Source of the DNA: Gammaproteobacteria bacterium
GTDB taxonomy: Bacteria; Pseudomonadota; Gammaproteobacteria; GCA-001735895
Length of the DNA: 64,000 nucleotides
Direction: 5' to 3'
NCBI GenBank assembly: GCA_050298595.1
Contig: JBNKUM010000115.1
Coordinates: 32,001-96,000 of the forward strand
A model generated the notes under the pieces. That model was not told where the DNA came from. It made no database searches and saw only the letters and a list, made by a program, of their open reading frames with translations. Positions 29,258 to 40,712 of this stretch are shown piece by piece (position 1 is the stretch's first letter; each line of letters opens with the position of its first letter). Position numbers and translations under genes: made by a program.

Positions 29258-32083
29258 ATGGAAAAAACCTACGACCCGCATGCAATAGAACAGGAATGGT
29301 ATAAACGCTGGGAGCAAAACGCCTATTTTTCACCTAAGGATGAGCAAACTGATGACCAGCAATCCAGCTATTGCATCATGATTCCTCCGCCCAATGTGAC
29401 CGGTAGCCTGCATATGGGGCATGGATTCAATAATGCGATCATGGATAGCCTGATCCGCTACCACCGCATGAAGGGTGATAAAACCCTGTGGCAACCAGGC
29501 AGCGATCATGCCGGTATTGCGACCCAGATGGTGGTCGAACGTCAACTGGAAGCGGAGGGTCTGTCACGCCACGACCTCGGTCGCGATAAATTCATCGAAC
29601 GTATCTGGGAGTGGAAGCAGCAATCAGGTGGCAACATTACCACTCAGCTACGTCGCCTGGGCTCATCGCTGGACTGGCCGCACGAACGCTTTACCATGGA
29701 CGATGGCCTATCCGATGCGGTGCAGGAAGTTTTTGTACGCCTGTACGAAGAAGGCCTGATCTATAGAGGCAAGCGTCTGGTTAACTGGGATACCAAATTC
29801 CATACTGCGGTTTCTGATCTGGAAGTACTTTCAGAAGAAGAAAACGGTTCCATGTGGCATCTGCGCTATCCACTGAGTAATCAGCAAGGTCATCTGGTGG
29901 TTGCCACCACCCGACCTGAAACCATGCTGGGTGACTGTGCTATCGCTATCGCACCCGGCGATGAACGCTATATGCATCTGGTTGGTCAGACTGTCGAGTT
30001 ACCGCTTACCGGTCGTCATATTCCCATTATTATCGATGAGCATGTGGATGCCGAATTCGGCACCGGCTGTGTCAAGATTACTCCAGCACATGATTTCAAC
30101 GACTACGAAGTCTGGACCCGACACAATCAGGAAATCACCATTCAAAATCAGCCGCATGGTGGCCTGATTAATATCTTTACCATCGATGCTGCGATTCGTG
30201 AAAACACCGATGAAGAAGAGGATTTGATTCCTGCCGCCTATATCGGTATGGATCGCTACGATGCACGTAAAAAGATCGTTGCCGATCTGCAGGCGCTGGA
30301 TTTAATCGAAAAGATTGAACCCCACAAGCTTATGGTGCCGCGTGGAGATCGCTCTGGCACCGTCATCGAGCCCTTTCTAACCGATCAGTGGTATGTAAAA
30401 GCCGGCCCTCTGGCAAAGCCTGCCATAGAAGCGGTAGAAAATGGATCGATCAGGTTTGTTCCCGATAACTGGAAAAACACCTATTACGAGTGGATGAACA
30501 ATATCCAGGACTGGTGTATCAGCCGTCAGATCTGGTGGGGACATAGAATCCCGGCCTGGTATGACGATGAAGGCAATGTCTATGTTGGGCGCAATGAAGA
30601 CGATATTCGCCAGAAACACAGTATTCCAGCTGACGTCTCCTTACGTCAGGATGAAGATGTGCTGGATACCTGGTTCTCCTCTGCACTTTGGCCCTTTTCA
30701 ACCCTGGGCTGGCCTGAGGATACTCAACGACTGAAAGATTTTTATCCTACACAGGTACTGGTAACCGGTTTCGATATTATCTTTTTCTGGGTCGCACGCA
30801 TGATAATGTTCGGGCTTAAGTTCATGGATGGTCAGGTGCCTTTCCATGAGGTTTATGTTCATGGACTGGTTAGAGACTCACATGGTCACAAGATGTCCAA
30901 ATCCAAAGGTAATGTGCTAGACCCGATTGATCTAATCGATGGCATAGATCTGGAATCACTGGTCAGCAAACGTACCAGCGGCATGATGCAACCCAAACTA
31001 GCAACAAAGATTGAAAAACAGACGCGCCAGGATTTTCCTGACGGTATCCAGAGTTATGGCACCGATGCGCTGCGTTTCACCTTCACCGCGCTGGCCTCTA
31101 CCGGGCGTGATGTAAAGTTTGATATGGGTCGTATCGAGGGTTACCGCAACTTCTGTAATAAGATCTGGAATGCAACGCGTTATGTATTACAGAATACCGA
31201 AGATCAACTGGACGCAGGTGAGGTCGAACTTTCTCTGGCAGATCGCTGGATTGTCTCACGCCTGCAACAGGTCAGTGGCGAAGTATCGCGCCATATTGAA
31301 GCCTATCGTTTTGATCTTGCCTCCAAAGAATTGTATGAATTCATCTGGAACGATTACTGCGACTGGTACATAGAGCTTTCCAAGCCTGTGATCTATTCGG
31401 ATACAGCAACTGCCGAGCAAAAACGTGCCGCGCGTAAGACGCTGATTCAGGTGCTCGAAACCATACTCAGATTACTACACCCGATCATGCCATTTATTAC
31501 CGAAGAGCTCTGGCAGAAAGTTGCACCTCTGGCAGGTAAAACTGGCGAGACTATCATGCTGCAAAGCTACCCGCAGCGTGATGAATCTCTTATTGATACC
31601 AGCTCAATCGAGGAACTGGACTGGGTTAAATCCTTCATCATGGGCATACGTTCGATCCGTTCAGAAATGGATATCAAACCAGGCAAGCCTTTACCCGTAT
31701 TACTACAGAATGGCTCTGAACTGGATCAGAATCGCTTAGCTAGCAATCAGTCCTTCCTGATGTCACTGGCCAGGCTCGAATCTATCACCTGGCTTAAGCC
31801 TGGAGAAAATGCACCAGAATCAGCAACTGCTCTGGTTGGCGATATGAGTATATTGATTCCCTTAGCAGGTCTCATCGACAAACAGGCCGAACTGGAACGT
31901 CTTGATAAAAACATGCAAAAGCTTCAAAGCGAAATCGCACGTATCAGTGGCAAGCTAGGCAATGCCAGCTTTGTTGATCGTGCTCCTGAAGCGGTAGTCA
32001 ATAAAGAGCGCGAAAAACTGGCCGAGAATGAATCCGCTCTGGCCAGCCTGCAGGCTCAGGCCGATAAGATAAAGGCACTATAA
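29258..32083 (+). CDS. valS: Valine--tRNA ligase
   Basis: [31 protein letters not shown]-terminal coiled coil. Confidence 0.98.
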   Translation: MEKTYDPHAIEQEWYKRWEQNAYFSPKDEQTDDQQSSYCIMIPPPNVTGSLHMGHGFNNAIMDSLIRYHRMKGDKTLWQPGSDHAGIATQMVVERQLEAEGLSRHDLGRDKFIERIWEWKQQSGGNITTQLRRLGSSLDWPHERFTMDDGLSDAVQEVFVRLYEEGLIYRGKRLVNWDTKFHTAVSDLEVLSEEENGSMWHLRYPLSNQQGHLVVATTRPETMLGDCAIAIAPGDERYMHLVGQTVELPLTGRHIPIIIDEHVDAEFGTGCVKITPAHDFNDYEVWTRHNQEITIQNQPHGGLINIFTIDAAIRENTDEEEDLIPAAYIGMDRYDARKKIVADLQALDLIEKIEPHKLMVPRGDRSGTVIEPFLTDQWYVKAGPLAKPAIEAVENGSIRFVPDNWKNTYYEWMNNIQDWCISRQIWWGHRIPAWYDDEGNVYVGRNEDDIRQKHSIPADVSLRQDEDVLDTWFSSALWPFSTLGWPEDTQRLKDFYPTQVLVTGFDIIFFWVARMIMFGLKFMDGQVPFHEVYVHGLVRDSHGHKMSKSKGNVLDPIDLIDGIDLESLVSKRTSGMMQPKLATKIEKQTRQDFPDGIQSYGTDALRFTFTALASTGRDVKFDMGRIEGYRNFCNKIWNATRYVLQNTEDQLDAGEVELSLADRWIVSRLQQVSGEVSRHIEAYRFDLASKELYEFIWNDYCDWYIELSKPVIYSDTATAEQKRAARKTLIQVLETILRLLHPIMPFITEELWQKVAPLAGKTGETIMLQSYPQRDESLIDTSSIEELDWVKSFIMGIRSIRSEMDIKPGKPLPVLLQNGSELDQNRLASNQSFLMSLARLESITWLKPGENAPESATALVGDMSILIPLAGLIDKQAELERLDKNMQKLQSEIARISGKLGNASFVDRAPEAVVNKEREKLAENESALASLQAQADKIKAL

Positions 32084-32086
32084 ACA

Positions 32087-32632
32087 ATGCTAGATCGCGA
32101 ACAACAGATTATTCAATCCCATGCTGGGGTTATCGTGCAGGTAGTGCAATGCATAGGCAACCCGCAATTGCAGCCGCAGGTAGAAGAAATTCTCAAGGTC
32201 AGCGAGCAGAATGGCTGGAATGATCTGGTCGCGGTCATTCGACGCATTATAAAAGGAGAGCGTGACATGAGCCTGTTGAATGGCCTGGACGAAGAGGATA
32301 GCACCATAGCAGCTGCTATCCTTCAGGGCATTCAAAACCCCGCCACCCTGCCCGACCCGAATAAACCCGCTGACGCCAGTATGGCTGCTCCAGGGATAGC
32401 GCATATGGTCCATCAGGCAGCAACAGGAAACGCACAGGCATTACAGATCATCAGCCAGATGGCTGAACAAATGTCTCACGCTGGAGGGGATATGCAACAT
32501 CTTAGCGCCATCATCCGCAAGATGATCAACGGTGAGCGCGATCCAAAGGTATTAGCCAAAGGCATGGGCGTTCAGGGCCGCCAGCTGGTCGATTCGATAC
32601 TCGAAGAATTACACAAACTGTCTGCTCATTAA
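32087..32632 (+). CDS. Hypothetical helical protein with internal duplication
   Basis: LVAVIRRIIKGERD / LSAIIRKMINGERD; tightly coupled to valS and srkA. Confidence 0.75.
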   Translation: MLDREQQIIQSHAGVIVQVVQCIGNPQLQPQVEEILKVSEQNGWNDLVAVIRRIIKGERDMSLLNGLDEEDSTIAAAILQGIQNPATLPDPNKPADASMAAPGIAHMVHQAATGNAQALQIISQMAEQMSHAGGDMQHLSAIIRKMINGERDPKVLAKGMGVQGRQLVDSILEELHKLSAH

Positions 32633-33618
32633 TGAGTGACCATCCGTTTGAAAAACTTACTCCAGACTTCATCATGGATGCGATTGAAGCCCAGGGCTTT
32701 CTGTGCGATGGTCGTTATCTAACGCTCAATAGTTACGAGAATCGCGTCTACCAGATAGGCATAGAGGATAGCGTCCCGCTGATCGCCAAGTTTTACCGTC
32801 CCGAACGATGGACTCGTGAACAGATTCTGGAAGAACATGAATTCTGTTTTGAACTCGCTGAACAGGAACTGCCGGTAGTGCTGCCTATGCGTAATCAGCA
32901 GCATAACTCTTTGCTACATTATGAGGGCTTTGACATAGCCCTGTTCGAACGCAAGGGTGGCCGTGCGCCAGAGCTGGATTACGAAGATAACCTGACTATT
33001 CTGGGTCGCCTACTGGCTCGCATACATGCAATAGGTGGCAGAGCCAAATATCAGTTACGCCCTACGATTGATATTCAAAGCTATGCGGTAGAGAGCATGC
33101 AGTTTATTCTGCAGAACTTTATACCTATGGAGCTTGAAACCGCCTACCGTACCTTATGCGATGATCTGATTCCTACCATGCAGCAAAGGCTTAAGGAAGC
33201 AGGCTCGGTAGCAAGCATCAGAGTGCATGGTGACTGTCATGCCGGTAATATGTTATGGCGTAATGATGCCCCACATTTTGTAGATTTTGACGACTCACGT
33301 ATGGCACCGGCGATTCAGGATATCTGGATGCTGCTGTCAGGCGATAGCGAACAGCAGGCGCAGCAAATACGCAAAATTCTCGATGGATATCATGAGTTTA
33401 ATGATTTCAACATTGCAGAATTGAAATTGATCGAGGTGTTTCGCACGCTGCGTATTATGTACTACAGCGCATGGCTCGCACGACGCTGGAATGACCCCGC
33501 CTTTCCGCATAGCTTTCCCTGGTTTAATACCTCACGTTACTGGGAACAACACATCCTCGAGTTACGTGAACAACTAGCCGCATTGCAACAACCCTCTATA
33601 CAACCGGCATATGAATGA
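32632..33618 (+). CDS. srkA: Stress response kinase SrkA (YihE/RdoA)
   Basis: LNSYENRVY, KFYRP.RW, HGDCH.GN, DFDD, AWLARRW.DPAFP. Confidence 0.95.
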   Translation: MSDHPFEKLTPDFIMDAIEAQGFLCDGRYLTLNSYENRVYQIGIEDSVPLIAKFYRPERWTREQILEEHEFCFELAEQELPVVLPMRNQQHNSLLHYEGFDIALFERKGGRAPELDYEDNLTILGRLLARIHAIGGRAKYQLRPTIDIQSYAVESMQFILQNFIPMELETAYRTLCDDLIPTMQQRLKEAGSVASIRVHGDCHAGNMLWRNDAPHFVDFDDSRMAPAIQDIWMLLSGDSEQQAQQIRKILDGYHEFNDFNIAELKLIEVFRTLRIMYYSAWLARRWNDPAFPHSFPWFNTSRYWEQHILELREQLAALQQPSIQPAYE

Positions 33619-33898
33619 GTGGTTTGTCTATATATTACGTTGTGCCGATGACAGCCTGTATACGGGCATCACGACAGAACTGGAAAGACGTATTGCAGAA
33701 CACAATGATAAAGACAAAAGGCTGGGGGCTCGTTATACCCGATCCCGCCGACCGGTAACTCTGATCTACCATGAAACCTTTGAATCACGTTCATTAGCCA
33801 GCAAACGTGAAGCTGAAATCAAACGGCTCACGCGTCAACAAAAACTATTACTGATAGCTAGTACAGTGTCCTCTAAATCCCCACCACAAGCTACTTAG
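33611..33898 (+). CDS. GIY-YIG nuclease (YhbQ/UPF0213-like)
   Basis: VYILRCADDSLYTGITT, GARYTRSRRP, E..IK.L. Confidence 0.92.
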   Translation: MNEWFVYILRCADDSLYTGITTELERRIAEHNDKDKRLGARYTRSRRPVTLIYHETFESRSLASKREAEIKRLTRQQKLLLIASTVSSKSPPQAT

Positions 33899-33980
33899 GT
33901 CAAAACAGGCTCTAATAACTATTGATATTGATAACCATTGTGTTATTAATGATGGAAAACTCGCTATAAGGAGAAGGATC

Positions 33981-34442
33981 ATGAAAATAATCGCCGCAAT
34001 CGATTTTTCCGATATCACGCCCCACATACTGGAACAGACCACTACTCTGGCAAAGGCCTTAAATGCCGAACTTTTTCTGATTCATGTTGCAGAGCCCAAC
34101 CCGGACCATATTGCATACGATTACGACCCGGCAACCGTTTACACCGTCGACTCAGCAGAAGTTCGAGACAGCATTGCAGCGCGCTTTCACCAGGAGCACA
34201 AAAACTTACAGGAGTATGCTAAAGACATGCGCGAGCAGGGCATAAATTGTACTGCCCTGATGATTCAGGGGATCACGGTTGAATTATTACTCAAGGAGGC
34301 AGTGCGATTAGAAGCAGACTTCATAGTTGCAGGTACCCATGGCAAAGGCTTGCTCAGCCAAATATTACTCGGCAGTATCAGTAAGCAACTGATTAAACAG
34401 ACGACTATTCCTATACATCTGGTACCAGCCAAAAAAGCCTGA
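33981..34442 (+). CDS. Universal stress protein
   Basis: IAAIDFS, LIHV, IVAGTHGKG..LLGSIS. Confidence 0.92.
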   Translation: MKIIAAIDFSDITPHILEQTTTLAKALNAELFLIHVAEPNPDHIAYDYDPATVYTVDSAEVRDSIAARFHQEHKNLQEYAKDMREQGINCTALMIQGITVELLLKEAVRLEADFIVAGTHGKGLLSQILLGSISKQLIKQTTIPIHLVPAKKA

Positions 34443-34567
34443 CAGCTTCTCCCTGTCTTAATGTAAGACTAGATATGACTTCCAACCTGGTGACAGATCT
34501 GGAACTTATTGTTGAATGAGCGCTCAAATATGGTCAGTAAAATATTAAATAACCACTGGAGATAACT

Positions 34568-35011
34568 ATGGCCCTGACTTCGCTCATCACTGGACTCAAC
34601 CAGTTGCTCGCTCGTTTACAATCCCCCCTGTTACTTATATTCCGACTCTACGTATCCTATGTATTTTTCTTATCCGGGTATCAGAAGATCACTAACTGGG
34701 AAACAACCCTGACACTTTTTGAGTACGAATATGCAGTCCCCTTGCTGCCTTATCAGTTGGCGGCCTATATGGCTACAGCTGGTGAATTGTTACTACCTGT
34801 AGTCCTTACTCTGGGGTTTGGCACCAGACTGTTTGCTATAGCGCTTTCCGTATTAAATGTGATGGCGGTAGTCTCTTATTACGAAGCCCTGGCCAAGGTC
34901 GGACAGGTCACGCCACATATATTCTGGGGAGCCTGCCTGATGACAAATATTGCATTTGGTGCCGGATTTTTCTCAGTAGACCACTGGTTAAAATCAACAA
35001 ACAACAGATGA
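34568..35011 (+). CDS. DoxX family membrane protein
   Basis: RLYV..FFLSG..K, LFEYEYAVP, GAG.FS.D. Confidence 0.9.
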   Translation: MALTSLITGLNQLLARLQSPLLLIFRLYVSYVFFLSGYQKITNWETTLTLFEYEYAVPLLPYQLAAYMATAGELLLPVVLTLGFGTRLFAIALSVLNVMAVVSYYEALAKVGQVTPHIFWGACLMTNIAFGAGFFSVDHWLKSTNNR

Positions 35012-35022
35012 CTTCAAGGCAC

Positions 35023-35050
35023 AAAAAAGGCTGGATGATCCAGCCTTTTT
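35023..35050. terminator. Bidirectional terminator
   Basis: AAAAAAGGCTGGAT-G-ATCCAGCCTTTTT between convergent genes. Confidence 0.88.
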
Positions 35051-35112
35051 ATGACCCAGTTATCTGGAGCCTGATCTTAGTTGGTTAATCAGACCCAACC
35101 TGTATTCAGAAA

Positions 35113-35868
35113 TTAAGGAATCCTGTAATTATCCTGTGTAAAAAGATCGACACCGCATTGCAGGTTTTCAATATACTTTAAAAAATCCCCTATCGCTCTA
35201 CCGCGCATCATTCTTCCATGTTGTGGAACAATCATACTGATTTCAAGCTGGCGCACCATATTTACCCAGAATCGGCACACCTTGTTACTATTTAAATAGC
35301 GCTTATGAAAACCATCCATATACGGCATGATTTCAGAAAGCCTCTCTACAGGCTTATCAAGATCCGCTTCCGGACACAGGTTGGCACCCATGTCACCCGA
35401 AAATAGAATCTTACTGATAGGATCATAAAACTGAAAATTTCCTTCAGCATGCAGGAAATGAGCCGGCAAGGCTTTTAAAGTAAACGATCCTAGTTGCAGA
35501 TTCATTCCCTGATCAGGCATAGCGATGGTTCTACCGGTAATCTTACCTGGCCGAGTAAAATGAGGAATGAAACGTTCCCAGAGCTGGGGAACCACTACTT
35601 TGGCATCCGTACCAATCAACCATTTATTCAATGAAGCAACAATATCGGGATCCTGATGGGATGCAATGACGTAATCCAGACTTTTTACGTTCATATACTC
35701 GCTTATCGCCATAAATAAGCGGGTATAGGTTAATTCACCACCAGGATCTATCAGCGCCGCATGATGATGATCAAACACCAGAAACTGGTTAGCCTGAACA
35801 GCTTCACCGCCAGTTACCAGATCACGGAAGGCGAGGCAGACATGCTCTCCATTATTGAATAATTCCAT
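35113..35868 (-). CDS. MBL-fold oxygen-binding di-iron protein (ODP-like)
   Basis: NQFL, IDPGG, SHQDPD, AHFLH..GNF, LFSGD, PQHG; no flavodoxin domain. Confidence 0.8.
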   Translation of the reverse strand: MELFNNGEHVCLAFRDLVTGGEAVQANQFLVFDHHHAALIDPGGELTYTRLFMAISEYMNVKSLDYVIASHQDPDIVASLNKWLIGTDAKVVVPQLWERFIPHFTRPGKITGRTIAMPDQGMNLQLGSFTLKALPAHFLHAEGNFQFYDPISKILFSGDMGANLCPEADLDKPVERLSEIMPYMDGFHKRYLNSNKVCRFWVNMVRQLEISMIVPQHGRMMRGRAIGDFLKYIENLQCGVDLFTQDNYRIP

Positions 35869-36008
35869 CAGATACCTCTGGATAGTGATTTAAAGTGTAT
35901 ATAAATCGTGTTAAATGTATGATTACTTCCCAGTCGTTATTATAAACAAAAATCAGCTGGGGTGTAGTCAGCAATAGTGATAACTTTCTCATATACATAT
36001 CCTTAAGC

Positions 36009-36022
36009 TTGATAATGGTCAA
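36009..36022. promoter_or_regulatory. FNR/Dnr-like box
   Basis: TTGAT-AATG-GTCAA, one mismatch to TTGAT-N4-ATCAA, in the divergent intergenic region. Confidence 0.55.
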
Positions 36023-36058
36023 ATAGATGAATCAAAAGACGAATGACTCTATACTGGA

Positions 36059-36526
36059 ATGCACAAAATGAGAACAAATTGTATGCAACTGCACACCTTA
36101 TTCAAACTAATGACTGTCGCCTCGATTGTACATTTAAGCGCCTGTAACGGCTTTTTTGAAGGGGTGAGAAGTGTTACCTACCCGCCTGATTTTAATTATA
36201 TTTCACAACAAAAGCTGACCGATACTATGCAGCAGTTTGCACTGTATAGCACCCTGCTGGACAATAATCTAAAAGGTCCATCGACTATTACCGAAGAACA
36301 ACGTCAGTCCTCCATCAGCATACTGCGCAAAATGGAGACTTTAAGTCTAAAACTTGGCACTGAAACGCTCAGTTCCAATCATGACATTGTTTCCTTTAAT
36401 ATCGACCAGTTTAGACAAAATATTCAGGATGCCCGTACAGGCCTGATGCAAAATCCACCCAACTACTATCGGGCAGGTGCAGTCTCAGCCTATTGTCTTA
36501 ATTGTCACTCAACCACTAACCAATAA
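36059..36526 (+). CDS. Lipoprotein with C-terminal CxxCH (class II cytochrome c / c'-like)
   Basis: Lipobox LSAC (start may be 36083), helical body, CLNCH near the C-terminus. Confidence 0.7.
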   Translation: MHKMRTNCMQLHTLFKLMTVASIVHLSACNGFFEGVRSVTYPPDFNYISQQKLTDTMQQFALYSTLLDNNLKGPSTITEEQRQSSISILRKMETLSLKLGTETLSSNHDIVSFNIDQFRQNIQDARTGLMQNPPNYYRAGAVSAYCLNCHSTTNQ

Positions 36527-36765
36527 AATCATTCATAACAGCTCCGCTCCCACTCTGCCCCACTAAGCCGAAAATATTCCCTGAAACTACTATGGGATAT
36601 GCTCTCATATACATTAGCTGCGTCAATTAGACGCAGATTCAAAAAATAATGATCTAGAACAATGAAATTTTATTGAGCGTATACTACTTTTTAAAAGATA
36701 GTGGAAAATTATAAAAGTGTCGTAGTATCTGTTCATAATCCAGATGACCAAACTGGAGAAAGATA

Positions 36766-38034
36766 ATGCCAACTGACAACTCACTCAGATATATCAGCAA
36801 TCTAACCCGTAATACTCTGGCCCTGATTATGGCTGGAGGACGAGGATCCAGACTTAAGGATCTCACTGCCTGGAGGGCAAAACCCGCTGTACCTTTCGGT
36901 GGTAAATTCCGAATTATTGATTTTCCTTTATCTAATTGTGTCAATTCGGGTATCCGAAGGATTGGTGTTTTAACACAGTATAAGGCTCATTCATTGTTAC
37001 AACATATTCAGCGTGGTTGGGGCATGTTTCGTGGTGAATTCGGGGAATTTGTAGAGTTATTACCTGCTCAACAACGCCTAGAAGAAAGTTGGTATATAGG
37101 CACTGCTGATGCTATCTATCAAAATATGGATATCATTAGAACCCATAACCCACGATTCGTTTTAGTTCTTGCTGGTGATCATATCTATAAAATGGATTAT
37201 GGTGCCATGTTGGCACATCATCTCGAAACAGAAGCAAATGTCTCGGTTGGCTGTATCGAAGTGCCCGTTAAAAAGGCACATGAGTTCGGCGTGATGGAAG
37301 TTGACGAACATCATCGCATTATTGACTTTGTAGAAAAACCCGAAAAACCACCGACCATGCCGGGCAAGCACCAAAGCTCTCTGTGCTCAATGGGCATTTA
37401 TGTGTTTAGCACAGAATACCTCTTCAAGCTTTTGATCGAAGATCATGAAAATAAGAACTCCAGCCACGATTTCGGCAAGGACATCATTCCTACAGCGATA
37501 AGAAAGCATTCTGTATATGCCTATCCATTCCAGGAACCTAAAACTGGCAAACAATGTTATTGGAGGGATGTGGGTACAGTCGATGCTTTCTGGGAGGCCA
37601 ACCTGGAATTGATAGGCATCACACCAGAACTCAATCTGTATGATAAGGCCTGGCCAATCTGGACTTATCAAGAGCAACTACCTCCGGCAAAATTCATCTT
37701 TGACGATGATGACAGGCGCGGCTTAGCAATAGATTCACTGGTATCGGGAGGCTGTATTATTTCAGGCTCCGCTATCCGCAATTCACTATTATTCTCGAAT
37801 GTTTATGTGGACAACTTTAGCGAGGTACAATCAACCGTTATATTGCCTGAGGTCCATGTAGGTAAAAACTGTAAGATACGACGTACCATTCTTGATCGCG
37901 GCTGTAAAATTCCCGACGGTATGCATATCGGGCATGATCTGGAACAGGATAAAAAACGCTTCTATGTCTCACCTAATGGTATCGTTCTGGTGACAGCTGA
38001 AATGTTGGGCTACAGCTTACATCATGTCGCATAA
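36766..38034 (+). CDS. glgC: Glucose-1-phosphate adenylyltransferase
   Basis: [37 protein letters not shown]. Confidence 0.97.
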   Translation: MPTDNSLRYISNLTRNTLALIMAGGRGSRLKDLTAWRAKPAVPFGGKFRIIDFPLSNCVNSGIRRIGVLTQYKAHSLLQHIQRGWGMFRGEFGEFVELLPAQQRLEESWYIGTADAIYQNMDIIRTHNPRFVLVLAGDHIYKMDYGAMLAHHLETEANVSVGCIEVPVKKAHEFGVMEVDEHHRIIDFVEKPEKPPTMPGKHQSSLCSMGIYVFSTEYLFKLLIEDHENKNSSHDFGKDIIPTAIRKHSVYAYPFQEPKTGKQCYWRDVGTVDAFWEANLELIGITPELNLYDKAWPIWTYQEQLPPAKFIFDDDDRRGLAIDSLVSGGCIISGSAIRNSLLFSNVYVDNFSEVQSTVILPEVHVGKNCKIRRTILDRGCKIPDGMHIGHDLEQDKKRFYVSPNGIVLVTAEMLGYSLHHVA

Positions 38035-38161
38035 GCGCCGATATTTCCCCTGTGAGTACTGAACTCGAAAAATAAATTCAACAATAGTTCAATTCCCTGC
38101 TGCTATCTGCATCATTTTATGGTGTTATATAACCAGAATTTTATATGTGCAGACTCGGATA

Positions 38162-39649
38162 ATGAATTCACTGAAAAACTCTATTTTTGACCGACGTAGT
38201 GCCGGTATTTTACTACACCCTACTTCTTTGCCTGGAAAACAGTGGCAGGGTGATATCGGGCAATCCGCTCGTGACTTTATCAACTTTATGGCTGACGCAG
38301 GACTCACCGTGTGGCAGATGCTTCCTCTGGGGCCCACCCATATTGATCGTTCACCTTATCAATGTTTATCCACCCATGCAGGAAACCCTCAACTGATAAA
38401 TTTAGACTGGCTAATGCAGCATGGATGGCTAGACCAGACAGATATTGAGCAACACCAGAAAGATACGTCATTAATCCCGGTACTGGAAAAGGCCAGTGTC
38501 AATTTTTATCACGATGCCGACCAGCATTGGCAACAAAAACAACAGACATTTATTCAGCAATCTTCATCCTGGCTGCCTGATTTTGCACTTTACCAGTCGC
38601 TTAAACTCTCGCTGCAAAACCTGTCATGGGAATACTGGCCAGCAGATTATCGAGATCGTAATCCAGAGGCATTAACTAAAGCACGCAAAAAGTACGCTGA
38701 ATGCATAAAAACTCTTGAATTCGTTCAATTTGTGTTTTTCGAACAATGGCACGAATTACGCGATTACGCCAGACAACGCGGTATAAAACTGTTTGGTGAC
38801 ATGCCAATATATGTTTCTATGGACAGTGCTGATGTCTGGGCACAACGTGAAAACTTCCAGATCAACGAAAAGGGATTCTGCACTTATGTAGCCGGAGTCC
38901 CTCCTGATGCCTTCAGCGCCGATGGTCAGCTTTGGGCCAATCCTCTGTATAACTGGACAGCTATGCAGGAAGATGACTTCAGTTGGTGGGTAAATCGTTT
39001 TCAAACCCAACTGGAGCTGTTTGATTATATTCGATTTGATCATTTCCGTGGTCTGGAAGCCTGCTGGCAAATCCCCGCAGAAGCAGAAACAGCTGCCAAA
39101 GGTGCCTGGGTAAAATCACCCGGTGAGGCGTTACTCAACAAGCTGCACGATCATTTCGACTCCCTGCCATTAATCGCCGAAGATCTGGGGGTGATTACTC
39201 AGCAAGTTATCGCACTGAGAGATCAATTTAATTTACCCGGTATGTCTGTATTACAATTTGCATTTGATGGGGCCAGCGATAATTTTTATCTGCCGCACAA
39301 CCAGCAAAGGAATAGCGTGGTTTACACCGGCACTCATGACAATAATACCTCTCTGGGCTGGTACCAGGAAATGCCTGAACATTCAAAACATCAACTACAT
39401 GCATATATTGGCGTTGCTTACGACCATCCACTAGACATGCCCTGGGTATTGAATCGAATGGCACTGGCATCCGTAGCAGATCTCGCCATCATACCTATGC
39501 AGGACTTATTATCTCTTGATTCGACGCATCGTATGAATACACCCGGCACCACGATCGGCAACTGGGAATGGCGCTTCGACTGGAATCAGGTGTGGCCGAG
39601 TCTGGCCAATGACCTGAAGCAGTTAATCCAGCTTTTTGGACGGCTATAG
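38162..39649 (+). CDS. malQ: 4-alpha-glucanotransferase
   Basis: LHPTSLPG, WQMLPLGP, GVPPD, RFDHFRG, AEDLG, YTGTHDN, MNTPG. Confidence 0.96.
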   Translation: MNSLKNSIFDRRSAGILLHPTSLPGKQWQGDIGQSARDFINFMADAGLTVWQMLPLGPTHIDRSPYQCLSTHAGNPQLINLDWLMQHGWLDQTDIEQHQKDTSLIPVLEKASVNFYHDADQHWQQKQQTFIQQSSSWLPDFALYQSLKLSLQNLSWEYWPADYRDRNPEALTKARKKYAECIKTLEFVQFVFFEQWHELRDYARQRGIKLFGDMPIYVSMDSADVWAQRENFQINEKGFCTYVAGVPPDAFSADGQLWANPLYNWTAMQEDDFSWWVNRFQTQLELFDYIRFDHFRGLEACWQIPAEAETAAKGAWVKSPGEALLNKLHDHFDSLPLIAEDLGVITQQVIALRDQFNLPGMSVLQFAFDGASDNFYLPHNQQRNSVVYTGTHDNNTSLGWYQEMPEHSKHQLHAYIGVAYDHPLDMPWVLNRMALASVADLAIIPMQDLLSLDSTHRMNTPGTTIGNWEWRFDWNQVWPSLANDLKQLIQLFGRL

Positions 39650-39679
39650 CAACTGTCCTTTGCAGAGGATGCCAATAGC

Positions 39680-40342
39680 ATGCATGCATACGATACTCTT
39701 ACTGCAGAATTAAAACACGCAGCATCTCAGACAGGAAATGCTAGTCAGCTCTGGATTGGGCTTGCCGGCGCACCCGGAAGTGGCAAGAGCACACTGGCAC
39801 AGGCTTTAAAAACCTCGCTAGGTGATTTACTGGTCGTCATACCCATGGATGGATATCACTATTATCGCAGTGAATTAGACAAAATGGACGACCCGCTAGA
39901 AGCTCACCTGCGCCGGGGGGCACCATTTACCTTCAATGCTACCAGGTTTGTAGATGACCTGATAAAAGCCAGAGTTACTGGCAAAGGGACTTTTCCTGGT
40001 TTCGACCACGGCGTAGGCGATCCTGTTGAAAATGAGATAACACTATCCAGCTTCCATAAGATCGTTCTGGTTGAAGGAAACTATCTACTACTGGATACAG
40101 ATCCCTGGTGCCAACTGCGCGAAAAGGTATTCGATCAGACCTGGTATCTGGATGTTCCGTTGCAGGAATGTATTCTACGGCTGTGCAAAAGACATGTAGA
40201 GGTAGGCTATACTGAAGAACAGGCCCTGCAAAGGGTGGCTAGCAATGATGGCATAAACGCAGAACTTATCAGCAGTGTGTCCCCAAAAAATGCTGATAAG
40301 ATTATTCGTTTCACCGATTATCACAACATTTCATATCGATAA
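39680..40342 (+). CDS. P-loop kinase (pantothenate/uridine kinase-like, YggC type)
   Basis: GAPGSGKST, PMDGYH, RGAPFTF, DP, VEGNYLL. Confidence 0.85.
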   Translation: MHAYDTLTAELKHAASQTGNASQLWIGLAGAPGSGKSTLAQALKTSLGDLLVVIPMDGYHYYRSELDKMDDPLEAHLRRGAPFTFNATRFVDDLIKARVTGKGTFPGFDHGVGDPVENEITLSSFHKIVLVEGNYLLLDTDPWCQLREKVFDQTWYLDVPLQECILRLCKRHVEVGYTEEQALQRVASNDGINAELISSVSPKNADKIIRFTDYHNISYR

Positions 40343-40712
40343 AACAATCAATAGACTTTTACATCATCAATTTATTTTGCTCAAACTAAACCCGACAGAC
40401 TCCCAGGGGTATTGGTTATTTTGGTGATAATGAATTAACAATGTCGATCATTTCATACAGATCTTTCTCGTCAATGATTTAAAAATCATCAAAGGTCTTC
40501 AGGTTCGGTTTGTACCGTGCCAGTATTTCATTGATTTTTCCAAATCCTGACTGGATTGTGATTTCACTCAGGGTCATATTTTAGCCAGCTGATTAAAGCC
40601 TATGATTCAACTCAGCTACTAAAACAATCTTTACCCGATTCTAGACACAAAATAATAACCTTGAAAATCTCATCAACAACATCTCAGACCACGCAGCATA
40701 AAACCTGCCTCC

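Noticed and set aside
33922-33935. FNR-like TTGAT-ATTG-ATAAC upstream of the USP gene
   Set aside because: Two mismatches in one half-site within AT-rich DNA; too weak to call.
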